Positions 47,709 to 60,266 of a DNA stretch of 64,000 bases are shown piece after piece; position 1 is the first letter of the stretch, and each line of letters opens with the position of its first letter. The notes under the pieces are model-generated. The model was not told where the DNA came from. It was given only the letters and a program-made list of their open reading frames with translations, and ran no database searches. Source of the DNA: Malacoraja senta (Eukaryota); contig CM075995.1 of the NCBI GenBank assembly GCA_038087875.1, positions 5,086,001 through 5,150,000 on the forward strand, written 5' to 3'. A program made the translations under genes and the position numbers.

Positions 47709-48769
47709 CTTCTCTCCAGTGATGTTGCCTGTCCTGCTGTTACTCCAGCATTTTGTGTCTAGCCATGATTGAATGGTGGAGTAGACTTGATGGGCCAAAT
47801 GGCCCAATTCTACTCCTATCACTTATGACTGTATAAATCTAAAAAAATTGTAATTCCTTTGAAATTTTATCTTATTTCTTTAAAACATTCTTATTCAAAG
47901 TTAGTGACCTAACATTGGAACGGAACAAGAATCACCAAATTTTCTCGTGATCATATTTCTAGGAAAGAACATGCTGTTATTGATTTGTCCAGGTCATGTG
48001 TTAATGGAATCAAGAGCATGCATTCTTTAAGTAGCCTTGACATACATGAATGGCCCAATGAGCTTTTCGTGCAAATGCTGAACTTCTGAAGTAGAACAGA
48101 AACATGCGCTTCAGGCCACCCTGTCCATTACGACCAAGTTGGTATTCTGAGCTTGTCTCATTTACCTGCACCCAGCCCCCAGCCAATCCAACCCCTCCCC
48201 ACAATCCAAGCCCAGACAAAATAGTGGCAAATTGCTTCTGCAATTTCCAATCCAATGGTCTCCTCGTGGCTGGGTAATCAGAATTATACACGCACTCCAA
48301 GGGTCGTTGTTGCGTTTTTTTAAATATGGGCAGTTTGTATACAACCAGAATTAATAAAAATTAAAGCTTTTTATTGCATGTTAGGTGAGAGATGGAGTAA
48401 ACATCTCATGATAATATATTTTAGAATTAATGGTTTTGTAGTCACCAGGACACTAACAAAATGGAGGCTTGCTACTTTGAAAATTTGTAAATGAATCTGA
48501 TGCAATCTCACAATTTAATCAAGAATGTGAGGTGGAATTTAAAAAAAAATAAAGAATAGTTACTGAAGCCCCCAACACTGGAAATATCTCAACATGTGCT
48601 TTGACATGCAATTTCATGACTTTTACACTCAATAAAATTGCGACTCGTTCTTCTAAACTCCAACGAATTAGGTCTAACTTATTTTTAGCCATCCATGTCA
48701 GGACAATCCTGTCTTCCCAGGAATTAATCTCTTGGTTGTTTCCAATGCCAGTATATCTTAAATGTGTGA

Positions 48770-51700
48770 TGCTATTGTGGGATATGACCAGTTGGGGGAG
48801 AGCAGTCGTGGTCTGGAACGCGGTGTCTGGCCTGTCTTTGGGGCACAGTGCGGAAGGGAAAAGTCAGAGCCATAGTGATGGGAGACTCGTTAGAGGGACA
48901 GACGAGGAGATTCTGTGGCAGCGAATGAGACTGCAGGATGTGTTGCCGCCCAGGGTCCAGGATATCTCGGAGCAGCTGCAGAACATTGAGGGAGGGCGAG
49001 TAACTGGAATTTGCTCTTTGGCACAAGTGACATGGGTAGGAATAGGGATATGGTCCTGCAGAGTCCATATAGGGAGTTAGGCAGAAGAATATAAAGAACC
49101 CCGAGGGTAGTAATCTCTTGTTTTCTCCCAGTGACACGTACTTGTGAGGTTAGGAACAGAAAGATGGGGCAGGGGGACGAGTAGCTCAGGAGTTGGTGCA
49201 AGCGATGGGGATTTTGATTTTTTTTTAACCTTTGGGATCTCTTCTGTGCAGACGTGTTCTGTACAAGAGGGATGGGTTGCACCTGAACTGCCGCCCCACC
49301 GGACATCGCCTCTACCTCAGTCCTTCCTCCGGACCCAACCCCCATCCTTGCCATGTGTTCACCATCCCCCCTGACCTCCCCCTCTCTGATACCGAATGGT
49401 CTGTCCTCAGCAGAGGCCTCAGCTTTGTTCCCCTCCATCCCCACCTCAATGAGTTCCGGCCCGCCACGATGTGGAGCTCTTCTTCCGTCGCCTCCGCCTC
49501 AAAGTGTTCTTCCATGGGAAGGAGTCCTCGCCCCCCAGTGAGATGACCCCCTTCTCCCATCTCCAACGGACCCCCTCCTCTTGGACTCCCCCACATGGCC
49601 ATCTACCGGCTTTAGACCTTTTTATTTTAATCTACCAGCGGGACATCAATCGCCTCAACTTCTGCACTCCCCTGTCTCACTCTAACCTCTTCCCCACCCC
49701 CCCCCCCCCCCCGAACGTACAGCCCTCCACTCACTCTGCAACAACCCAGATTGGGTGATCAAACCTGCCGACAAGGGAGGTGCCGTGGTAGTCTGGCGCG
49801 TTGATCTCTGTAAGGCTGAGGCCACGCGCCAACTCTCAGAAACCTACTTATCCTTGTTCCATGACCCCACAGACGAGCACCAGGCCACTATCTCTACACC
49901 ATCACTGACCTCATCAACTCCGGCACCCTGCCCTCCCATGCCTCCAACCTCATCGTTCCCCAGCCCCGCATGGCCCGATTTTACCTTCTCCCCAAAATCC
50001 ACGAACCTGACTGTCCTGGCAGACCCATTGTTTCTGCATGTTCGTGTCCATCCAAACTTATTTCCACATATTTCGACTCCATCCTATCTCCCTCCCCCCC
50101 CCCCCCCCCCCCACATCTCCCAATTCCTCTGTCTACGCCGCATCTGCACAGGTTGAGGTGTTCCACACCAGGGCATCGGAGATGTCCTCATTCTTCAGGG
50201 AACGGGGGTTCCCCTCTTCTACTATAGATGAGGCTCTCACCAGGGTCTCTTCTATACCCCGTGACTCTGATCTCACTCCCCATCCCCCCCACTCTCAACA
50301 AGGGCTGACTCCCCCTTGTCCTCACCTTCCACCCTACCAGCCGTTACATACAACAAATAATCCTCCGACATTTTCGCCACCTCTAACGTGATCCCACCAC
50401 TTGCCATATCTTCCCATCTCCTCCTCTGTCTGCTTTCCACAGAGACCGCTCCCTCCGGAACTCTGTGGTCAATTCGTCCCTTCCCACCCGAACAACCCCC
50501 TCTCCGGGCACTTTCCCTTGCAACTGCAAGAAATGCTACACTTGTCGCTTTACCTCCACCCTTGACTCCATTCAAGGACCCAAGCAGTCTTTCCAGGTGC
50601 TGCAGAGGTTCACCTGCACCTCCTCCAACCTCATCAATTGCATCCGCTGCTCTCGATGTCAGCTGCTCTACCTCGGTGAGACCAACACCGAACACCTCCG
50701 CTCGGTTCGCAATAACCAACCTGATCTCCCGGTGGCTCAGCACTTCAACTCCCCCTCCCATTCCGAATCCAATCTTTCTGTCCTGGGCCTCCTCCATGGT
50801 CAGAGTGAGGACCACCGTAAATTGGAGGAGCAGCACCTCATATTTCACTTGGGCAGTTTGCACCCCATCGGTATGAACATTGACCTCTAATTTCAGGTAG
50901 TCCCTACTTTCTCCTCCCCCTCTCAGCTCTCCCTCAGCCCACTGGCTCCACCTCTTCCTTTCTTCTTGTCACCACCCCACCCTCACATCAGTCTGAAGAA
51001 GGGATTCGACCCGAAACGTTGCCCATTTCCTTCGCTCCATAGATGATGACTCACCCGCTGAGTTTCTCCAGCATTTTTGTCTACCTTCAATTTTCCAGCA
51101 TATGCATTCCTTTTTAAACACTCAATATCCTTACAAGGAGGTTTGCAACTGCTACTTGGGTGGGCTTAAACTTAGAGGTGCAGGAGGGTGGGAACCAGAG
51201 TAGTAGATCAGAAGATGGAAGGAGTGATGGGAAGGCCGAGATTGGGATCAGTAAAGGCAGGGAGAGGTGAAGGTATATGGTTAAGCTGATGGGTTGAAGT
51301 GTGTTTATTTCAATGCAAGGAATTTTGTGGAGAAAGCAGATGAACTGGATCGGTGCTTGGCATTATGAAGTTGTGGCCATTTGCGGAACTAATTACAAGA
51401 GGAACATGACCGGGGTCTCAATGTTTCAGATGTGATCGAGGAGAAGGCAAAAGAGGTAGAGGAGTTGTGCTACTAATCAGGGAGGCTGGCACCGGCACTC
51501 TGAGAGAACACTCTGTGGGTGGAACTTAAAAATAAGAAAGGTGCAAGCACTCTAATGGAATTGTACAATAGGCTTTACAATGGCAAGTGGGAGATAGAGG
51601 GACAGATATGTATTATTAATTGGAACATGCTCAGTGCCAAAGGCTTAGACAGGCAGAATTTGTTAGGTGTATTCAAGAATTTTCTGAAACAGTATGTGGG

Positions 51701-51970
51701 TGGTCAAACTCAATAAAGGAATATGCTGGACCTTGTGTTGGGAAATGAGCCTGGCCAGTTGACTGGCGTTACAATGCAAGAGCATTTTTGGGGATAATAA
51801 TTGCAACTCCATAACTTGAGATTGTTTTGAATAAGGATAAGGCTGGATCTTGCAGTATATGGTAAAGCAGTTTACAACATTATTAGGCAGGATCTCTGGA
51901 GGGTACATTGGGCTAGTCCGCATCTAACATGTGGATAGGCACACGTGGAAGTTGTTTAAAGGCCAGGTGA
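48770..51970 (+). mobile_element. Degenerate CR1 5' region (ORF1 esterase-like and APE remnants), split by Penelope
   Basis: GD...VRGTD...FC and LYKRDGLHLN lie before 49290; the sequence resumes at ~51122 with CAATATCC...; later LKCVYFNAR- and LDLVLGNEPGQ-like remnants. Confidence 0.6.
49290..51122 (+). mobile_element. Penelope-like element (Neptune-type Cys-rich linker), RT core deleted, 3' terminal region with hammerhead
   Basis: IKPADKGGAVVVW and ARFYLLPKIHEPDCPGRPIVS, a junction at the poly-C run near 50095-50110, then SQFLCLRRIC, PCNCKKCYTC and GIY-YIG NLINCIRCSRCQLLYLGET. CTGAAGA...GAAACGTT at 50993-51020. Confidence 0.9.
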
Positions 51971-54002
51971 TCAATTTGTTAGTAGAACCAGGAAAATGAT
52001 TACCTTACGATACAATAGAACTTTATTTATCCCAGGCTTTGTGCACATTAAGCTAGAAACCGTGCCCCAGTGAATTGCAGAATTGAGTTTGTTGACAGCG
52101 CTTGAAACTAATTGGATGGGGTGGGTGGTTGAGCAGGATTCAGGTGACGGGAAGCTTAATAAATGAAAGAAACAAGAAATCAGTGGCACAGGCATGTGAA
52201 GGAGTGATTGAAAATCAAATGTGACAGAGGTGATAGAACATATAAACAAAAGTGAGCGGCAGAAATTGAAACCAGAAATAGAAATTATAAAATGCCCAAG
52301 CATAAAGCATGCAGGATTTGTAACAAATAGTGATAGATGAGTTTGATTTAATAGGTATTCCATAATTGTTGGGGGATTAAGATTGATGAATCATTATTCC
52401 AGATTATTCAATGTTCCAAAAGAGCAGATAAAGAGGGAAAGGAAATGGGATAGCATTGTTAAATCAAGGAAGATAGCGCAGAAGTGACTGGTAATATACA
52501 TGTGTAGGAAGGAACTGCAGATGCTGGTATAAACAGAAGATAGACACAAAAAGCTGGAGTAACTCAGCGGGTCAGGCTGCATCTGGAGAAAAGGAATAAG
52601 TGACATTTCTGTTCTCGACCTGAAATGTCACCTATTCCTTTTCTCCAGAGATGCTGCCTGACCCGTCGAGTTACTCCAGCTTTCTGTGTCTATCTTCGGT
52701 GATATAGCATAGGTGGTGATTTGTGATGTGGAATTAGTTGGGATGGAAATAAGGAACATCAGGAGGTAAAGGCATGGGTGGTAAGCTCCCAAAGCATTGT
52801 CTTGTATTTGGAACAGAAGTGGTGGAGACGAAGTAATTGAGAGTGAGTGTGTGGCATCTTTGCAAGAATGAAGCAGGATCTTGGAGCAGGTGTTGTCCAG
52901 AGTCAATAGGTTTATAGCTGGTGTTGGTTGGAAGTCTGTCCCTGGTTGTTTCCTGTTTATGAAATTTCAATGTAACTATTCCTTCAGCTTAGTGGCATCA
53001 CTGGTGAATGCCAGAGATCCTTGAGCTTTTGCTAAAATGGAAGTAACACTGGGGAATGGACAAAGAAGTAGATATAGATTAGTATTACAAAGATGAGTAT
53101 TAGTATTACAAAGGCGTTTCCTTAACAAATTGTAACAGACCATATTGGCCACTTGGTGGCTCTGTAACCTGATACCATTTCTATCATCGATCATAATTTC
53201 TCTCATCATTCTCCAGTGGGAGAATTGATTTAAATCTTTACAGAGACCAAATTCGGGCAGCTCCTCTTTGAAGGTGCAAAAAAAAAACTTGCATAGTAAA
53301 ACGGAGACTTGGCAAGGACACTTTAAGGGATAATTCTAAAGGACACAGCATGATAATAAAAGGAACAATAATTGCTTGGGTGGGGAGTAAAGCAAAGGCA
53401 TGCAGTGATAACAGTGAGGATTTTCCCATGATCTGCATGTGTCTGATTGAACTTCTGGCTATCTAATTAAAATATCCCATAGAGCTATTGGTTACAAAAT
53501 TACAGATTTTAGTTATCTTAAACGTGTAGGGACGAAGTGTTTCTAAAATAGAATAGGGTGTGGTTGAAGAGAACGTGCAGGCCGTGGTGTGGCCCTGCAC
53601 CTGCTGTCATTCGTGGTAATAGAGATGAGTTTAGGAAGCTTTTGATCATTATAACTAAGAGCCAACTGCAGTAAACCTGTCTAACCCTGTGGACGTCCTC
53701 TTTGCTTCATGTCAAATTATGCGGTGGATGCAATGAATTGACTTTATTTGTGTTATTCTAGTCAATGCCATTTGAAGAAGGTTTTGTTTTCATTTAAATA
53801 ACGAATGGTTATTTGGAAAGTGGTTGCAGCAAACCAATCTAGGGAGTGCTCCAATGGTTCTAATTTGCAGAATTCAAATTCGGAGTGAGATTTGTATGGA
53901 GAGCAAAAAGGACAAATCCATAGGCAAATGTAAAATGTGAGCTTCTATAATCCCGGTTGGTTTATCATTAATGTGATAATGTAGATTGGTATACGTGATA
54001 TA

Positions 54003-54640
54003 AGCATGCAGGTACAGCAGGCAGTGAAGAAAGCGAATGGCATGTTGGCCTTCATAACAAGAGGAGTTGAGTATAGGAGCAAAGAGGTCCTTCTGCAGTT
54101 GTACAGAGCCCTAGTGAGACCACACCTGGAGTATTGTGTGCGGTTTTGGTCTCCAAATTTGAGGAAGGACATTCTTGCTATTGAAGGAGTGCAGCGTAGG
54201 TTCATGAGGTTAATTCCTGGGATGGAGGGACTGTCATATGCCGAGAGAATGGAGCGGATGGGCTTGTACACTCTGGAATTTAGAAGGATGAGAGGGCAGC
54301 TTATTGAAACATATAAGATTATTAAGGGTTTGGACACGCTAGAGGCAAGAAACAGGTTCCCGATGTTGGCGGAGTCCAGAACCAGGGGCCACTGTTTAAG
54401 AATAAGGGGTAAGCCATTTAGAAAGGAGACGAGGAAACATTTTTTCACACAGAGTTGTGAATCTGGAATTCTCTGCCTCAGAGGGCTGTGGAGGCCAGTT
54501 CTCTGGATACTTTCAAGAGAGAGCTAGATAGAGTCTGGGGATATGGGGAAAGGGCAGGAACGGGGTACTGATTGTGGATGATCAACCATAATCACATGGC
54601 TCGAAGGGTCGAATGACCAAATCCTGCACCTATTGTCTAT
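54003..54640 (+). mobile_element. CR1 LINE 3' fragment
   Basis: ORF 54006-54527 (QVQQAVKKANGMLAFI...RPHLEYCVRFWSP) followed by the CR1 3' UTR. Confidence 0.92.
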
Positions 54641-55148
54641 TCATAGTCTAAGACGCACAGTTTAATTTGGTTTAATGAAATGTTGGCTTGCTGGGTGCAA
54701 TGCAATGGTTAAAGGTAACAGTAATTGCAATGAGAGAATTTTTAGTTCAAAATGGAGCCTCTCCCTCATTTGAAGGCCAAAATAAGAGCTCTCAACGGAC
54801 CTGAGGAAATGATTTTAAATTGTTGTTTCCTGATCTAGAAGTTGTGATCTATCAATTTGATGGGAATGGTTTATGTTAGAAATACTCTTCAGCCTTTTTA
54901 TATTGTTTGAGAGAGTTGTATAAATATACTATCAATATTTTTGAGTATTTTTTCAAGTATAACAGATGCAATGTAAACTGGTGATAATTCAAGGAAGCCA
55001 ACTTTTCATTTATCAACTCAACTTTAACAAATCCTACTATTTAGATGAAATTTATCAGCTGAGGACCAAATATTCAGTAATTGCATGTGCTAAAATAAAG
55101 AATTTAAACCTTGACGCGTCTCTTTTTTCATGATTTTCTTCACAACAG

Positions 55149-55495
55149 GCAATGAAATAGATTCCCCTGTGTCGCCTGTGAAACCATGGACGTCTGTTTC
55201 ACCTTCACCTCAGCAAACAGTGAGTACTGTTGAGTCCAAAACTCCAGTTGGAAGGAGAGGGCGATTTGCAAATCTTGCTGCAACGATTAACTCCTGGGAC
55301 GACGACATGAGCCATCCGATCATTAAGCATGACAAGTCATCAGGACAGCCTGGTACTGCTTGTTTACCAGTTTCCTCTGCAACAAACAAAGCTCCACCTA
55401 CTATTGACAGCAGTTGTACTAACCAGCAAGCTGTAATCTCCACACAACGACCTCCAGAAAATACAGTTAATAAAATAAACTCTACAGCCTTACAG
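55149..55495 (+). CDS. ANLN: Anillin coding exon 4
   Basis: acag|GC acceptor; TPVGRRGRFANLAATINSWDDD...QPGTACL; CAG|GTAGGT donor; phase 1 to 0. Confidence 0.95.
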
Positions 55496-56440
55496 GTAGG
55501 TGAAGATATTTATAAATGAACTCAAGAATCCTTATAAGGAGGTACAATTATTTTTAAAGTTGTGCATATTCCTAAGAGTTTTTCAACTTGGTGATCCTGG
55601 GGTATGTGTCTTTAACTACTGCCCTGTGAACCCAGAGATTTAAAGGGTGATGACTTATCCGCTGATATCCTTACAGGAAATCTATTTATTTTACGTTCCA
55701 GTATAAAAATAAAATGGCTTGCCTGTCCTTGGACAGATATATTACTTGAATACTTTCCCCCACCCCCCCCCCCCCATTTTCTTTTTATTTTTTTTCTAAA
55801 ATGTAAATACTGATCCTGTTCTATTCTGTTCTGTTGTTTTTGCACTATCCGCAGGCATTGCCACTTTCATTTCACTGCACATCTTGTATGTGTATGTGAC
55901 AAATAAAGTTGACTTAAATTTTCTGCAAAGCGAAATATGCTTTTTTCCCCTCCCTTGCATGTTATTTGTGCCAACTACATTCAATGTTATTGCTCCAAAT
56001 ATATTTTTAAAGATGGCTCGAAAAGTAGACGATTATTAATTTTTTTTCAATGGATGTAAGATTGAGTTTTCCACCAAGCATGAGGTTATTTATCTTCACT
56101 GAATTTCCTCATGTACTTTTTGACAGGAAACAATTGACTGGGGGGGGGGGGGTCCATAAGGAAACGGAGCACTTGTAGCTTTCTGATCAAAGTCCAGTGA
56201 CGTTAAATCTGGAACTTCATCCAGGTTACATGGTGACTGGTAAATCACCATTAGTATAGTCTTAAGTGTGGTGAAAATATATAATCGCTGGAGATGTTGG
56301 TATAGTTTATATCAATGCCCAACTTTTCCTGACATTTTAAATGGATTGAAATTTGAGTAAAACCTCCAGCTCTTAATGTAAGATTTTCACATATTCGTCA
56401 ATCTGCTACCCTAATTATTCCGGTTAATTAATTTTGTCAG

Positions 56441-56651
56441 AAAACTGTTCGGCCTGATGTCCATTTAACAAAGGTGATCCCACCCACCTCGGAGAAAGTT
56501 GAAGAGATTAAGTCGCCATCGACCAAAGGAGCCCAGGGCCAACCATTAGCAGCAAAAGTGACAGTTTCCCAGCGTCAAATCCTGTTTAGAGATCAACCAA
56601 CAAAAGACTGCGCTGTTCATGTTCAGCCAGGGGGCAGTCTGCCCACTCCAG
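56441..56651 (+). CDS. ANLN: Anillin coding exon 5
   Basis: ttttgtcag|AAA acceptor; open frame KTVRPDVHLTK...SLPTP; G|GTAAGT donor; phase 0 to 1 bridges exons 4 and 6. Confidence 0.85.
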
Positions 56652-58013
56652 GTAAGTTGTTTCCCAAAACATTTGAATGTGATTTACAGGACCAATTGTC
56701 AGGACAATGAACACTATTTTAACTTTTGTATTAACATTTGCAGATTTGATAACTGGCTTTAGAGTTTAATTACTTCCTTCACTGTACAATCTTTTCCCAT
56801 ATCAGATGCTCGAGTTGAAATCGCCTGACTGTATTGGAAGTTGTACTGCTACGGATTGGAGATCACATGTAATCTGTAGAGTGCAGGATGGTGCCTTGCC
56901 TCTGTCAAATGTTCAAATGGGAAATATTACTACATCTTCACATGGTATTGGTGAGGCCATATGTGGAGTAGAGTGGTAGAGCGATGCAGCACAATCTGGC
57001 GCCCATCAGCCTACCAAGTTATCAACCATCCAGTTATATTAATCCCATTTTTCCCCTCCATATTTTCATTAACTTCCCCAGTTTCTGCTACTCGGCTATA
57101 TACTAGAGACAATTTACAATCACCACGCAGCTAACCAACTCGCACATCTTTGGAATGTGTGTGGATCACCTGTAGAAAACCCACGCAGTTACAGGGATAT
57201 TGTGCAGACTCCATACAGGTTTGGATTGAACCTAGGTCTCTGGCAGAAAGTACTCCCTGAGCTACTATATACTGGCATTGGTGGCGGCCTAAATCGGATT
57301 AATTAGACTAATTTCTGGGATGAGAGGGGTGTCCTATCATGAGGACCTGAATAAATTAAATTTTTATTTTGGAGTTTAGGAGAATGAGGGGTAATCTCAT
57401 TAAAGCGTATTGGCAGGATCGCTGTCAAGATATTTCTACAAGTGCGAGAATCTTAAATGGGAGACATTGCTACAAGATTTGGGATAAGCATCTAAAATTA
57501 AGGTGTGCAGGAATTTCATGCAGAGGGTAATGCATCCCCCATAGTTGTAGATATTATTCTATATTTAAAGAGGAGGTAGCTAAATAGTTTTGAAAGATGT
57601 GTAAATTCAGGGGGCATGGGAAACTGCTACAGATGGGGCAGATCAACCTTGATCATATTGAATGGCAGAGCAGGCTTGTGGGTCTGAGTGGCCTACTCTT
57701 GCTCCTATCTTTTTGCACTCTTAGAACTATTGGGGAATGCAGCAAGAAAGCTAGAATGCTTTGAATGGACAGTTAACTGAAGGTTCAATATCATGGATTC
57801 AAAGTGTGATCAACTGTTCATGAGCATATGTATTCTGTGCATCCAGATTTTTTACTATTATAGTTTCCTGCATTTGTTGGTGATTGTTTTTCTGTTAAAA
57901 ATCAGTTACAAAAGTTTGAAGCTATTTGGAATATTGCATGCATTAATGCACCTTTCACCTACTGTTGGTTTATAACTAAAACGTTCCACTTTTAAATTCC
58001 TAATATATTATAG

Positions 58014-58207
58014 GTGGTCCAGGAGTCAAATCTTTCCTGGAATGTTTTGGTGAGCGTTGCCAACAACACAGTGTGTCAAGTCCTGCTCCATCTACTCCTG
58101 GGCAAAGAACCCTCAATGTTACACCCAGCACAAAAGCAATACAGGAGCGGCTACTTAAACAGCAGGAGCCTTCTGCTACAGCACATCTAACTCGGCAATT
58201 TAAACAG
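58014..58207 (+). CDS. ANLN: Anillin coding exon 6
   Basis: tatag|GT acceptor; [19 protein letters not shown]...[11 protein letters not shown]...QFKQ; CAG|GTGTGG donor. Confidence 0.95.
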
Positions 58208-58949
58208 GTGTGGATTTGAACTTTATTCCAGGATTCATTTAAGACCTAGAAAGAGGGCACAATGTCTCAGCCTATGTTTGATCTTGGAATGGGTGGAGGA
58301 CGGCAGTGGAGAAAAAAGCCCCATTTGTTACATTGCATCATCTCATAACACTCAAGTATTTTATTAACTGTATGATCATTCCTCACTGATCCTGTTTAAG
58401 GTGCTATGTAAATTCAGTAGTTAATTTGGTTTGGGATTGATTGGAAAATAAATATTGGCCAGAATGTTTCCATGCTCTTCTTGGAAATAGTGTCATGGGA
58501 TCTTTTGTATTCATCTGACTGAAAACAGGGTGTTGATGTAACCAGATTAATATGCTACCTGCCAGGACAATTTTATTTTTTTGCTCCAATTGATTGTGTT
58601 TAAATGGGAAGTGGAAATGAAACCCAAGGAATTGGTATGTGAAGAGTCCCATAGTAAATTGCTTTGTCCTGACCTTGCTTTGCTTTGGAAAGTTCAATTA
58701 TTCCATGTTGCAGAGTTTACGGTGGCCATCTCCTGTTTGCAATAAGCTTCATAGCTGCCTTATGTCTGAGCTGCAGGTATTATACATTTATGAAACTGTC
58801 CATTCTGGGCAGTTCATCTATATTGTATTAAACATGGAGTTGGCAACTATTCGCTGCTTATTGTCTCAGACCTAAATTTTGAACCTTTATTTTTATCATA
58901 ATGTGCAAATTAAAGCATTATCAGTATTCCATCCAAGTGTTATTTATTA

Positions 58950-59210
58950 CCAGTGCCAGAGACCCAGGTTTGATCCTGACTATGGGTGCTATATGTATGG
59001 AGTTTGTATGTTCTCGTGACCTGCGTGGGTTTTGTCCGGGAGCTCCAGTTTCCTCCCACACTCCAAAGACGTACAAGTTTGTAGGTTAATTGGCTTGGTA
59101 AAATTGTAAATTGTCCCTAGTGTGTGAAGGGTATTGCTAGTGTGCGGGGATCGCTGTTCGGCACTGATTCGGTGGGCTGAAGGGCCTACCTCTGTGCTGT
59201 ATGTCTAAAT
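58950..59210 (+). mobile_element. HE1/V-SINE-like SINE, 5'-truncated
   Basis: Homologous to 10500-10760. Confidence 0.8.
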
Positions 59211-59677
59211 TTCAAACCTTCATTGAATATTTTTCATTTTTGCAGATATTATTCAAACGATATTTGAAACAAGCTTTTAGTGGTTTTGAGTCTCTTTGGG
59301 ATCTGCTTAACAATGTAGTACTCACAAAGATTGATACAGTGTGGGAACAGGCCCTTCGGCCCAACTTGCCCACATCAGCCAACATTTTAATTGGAAGAAC
59401 GATGCTGCTTTTCTTAACTTTCAATTCAGATTGTGGACTTGAAAATATAATGGGTATTTTAAGGTGGAAGATTACTTTATTATGATAGTTTGAGATCTGT
59501 CTTTCTCAAATAAAAATTCTATTAACTTGTTTGAATTATATTTCACAAATTCTGGCAGCCTAATTAACGTTGTAATTAGTGTACCAAACTTATTTTGGAT
59601 TCAATCTACAGCATATTGAATATATTTGTTCTTTCAAGCTGAAATAGTCCCTCGCTATGATTTTGCTGTTGTTTCAG

Positions 59678-59779
59678 GAACGGGAAAAAGAGCTGGCAAC
59701 TGTTCGCAATCGGATTCAGAGAGGCAACTTGTGGAGTGTTGATAAGAAAAGAGAAAATTGTACTTCCACTCTGCCTGAG
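59678..59779 (+). CDS. ANLN: Anillin coding exon 7
   Basis: tttcag|GAA acceptor; EREKELATVRNRIQRGNLWS...; GAG|GTGTGT donor; phase 0 to 0. Confidence 0.93.
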
Positions 59780-60266
59780 GTGTGTATGTGGCACTTCTCT
59801 TAGAACCTGAACAGTAATGAGGGATGCTATTAATGCTTGACTGTGCCAGGAAATAAATATTAATTGTATAGCCCCCAATTTTAATTTGAACGAGGCACGA
59901 ATTTGAATTCCTCATATTGAACGGGATTAAATCTTAATTGATTATTTACAGATACTGGTTTATACGAAAGATAAACACAACATTCTGAAGTAAGTCAGTG
60001 GGTCAGGCAGCATCTCTGGAGAAAATGGATAGATGATATTTCAAGTTGGAAATGTTCTTCAGCCTGATTGTAGTGGGGGGGGACGGGACTCGAAGCGAAA
60101 ACAAAGGACAAATCGGGGCTGGCCTTGCAAGGAGGTTCCCTGCGAGTCTGGTTTTTGGACAGAGGCGGGTGTGAGCCATGGTTGCTAACTGTGGAACGGA
60201 TTAATGGACTTGGTGGAGGGGGGGGTATTTGTAGAAGTTACCAAAAATTTAAGATTTCGATATTTA

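Larger units (their letters stand above)
47453..47760. mobile_element. Palindromic Penelope mini-element inside a CR1 3' fragment, hosting the HDV-ribozyme element
   Basis: 15-bp TSD with 2 mismatches (AGCCATATTTGAATG 47438-47452 / AGCCATGATTGAATG 47761-47775). Confidence 0.7.
34695..59779 (+). other. ANLN: Anillin gene, coding exons 1-7 (3' part lies outside the window)
   Basis: Spliced product [26 protein letters not shown]...PSPSKKRCSD...TPVGRRGRFANLAATINSWDDD...FGERCQ...ERLLKQ...EREKEL matches the vertebrate anillin N-terminus. All introns are GT-AG and phase-consistent. Confidence 0.96.

Noticed and set aside
56441..56454. 14-nt identity (AAAACTGTTCGGCC, KTVRP) between the start of exon 5 and exon 2
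   Set aside because: Too short to separate from chance; flanks are unrelated.
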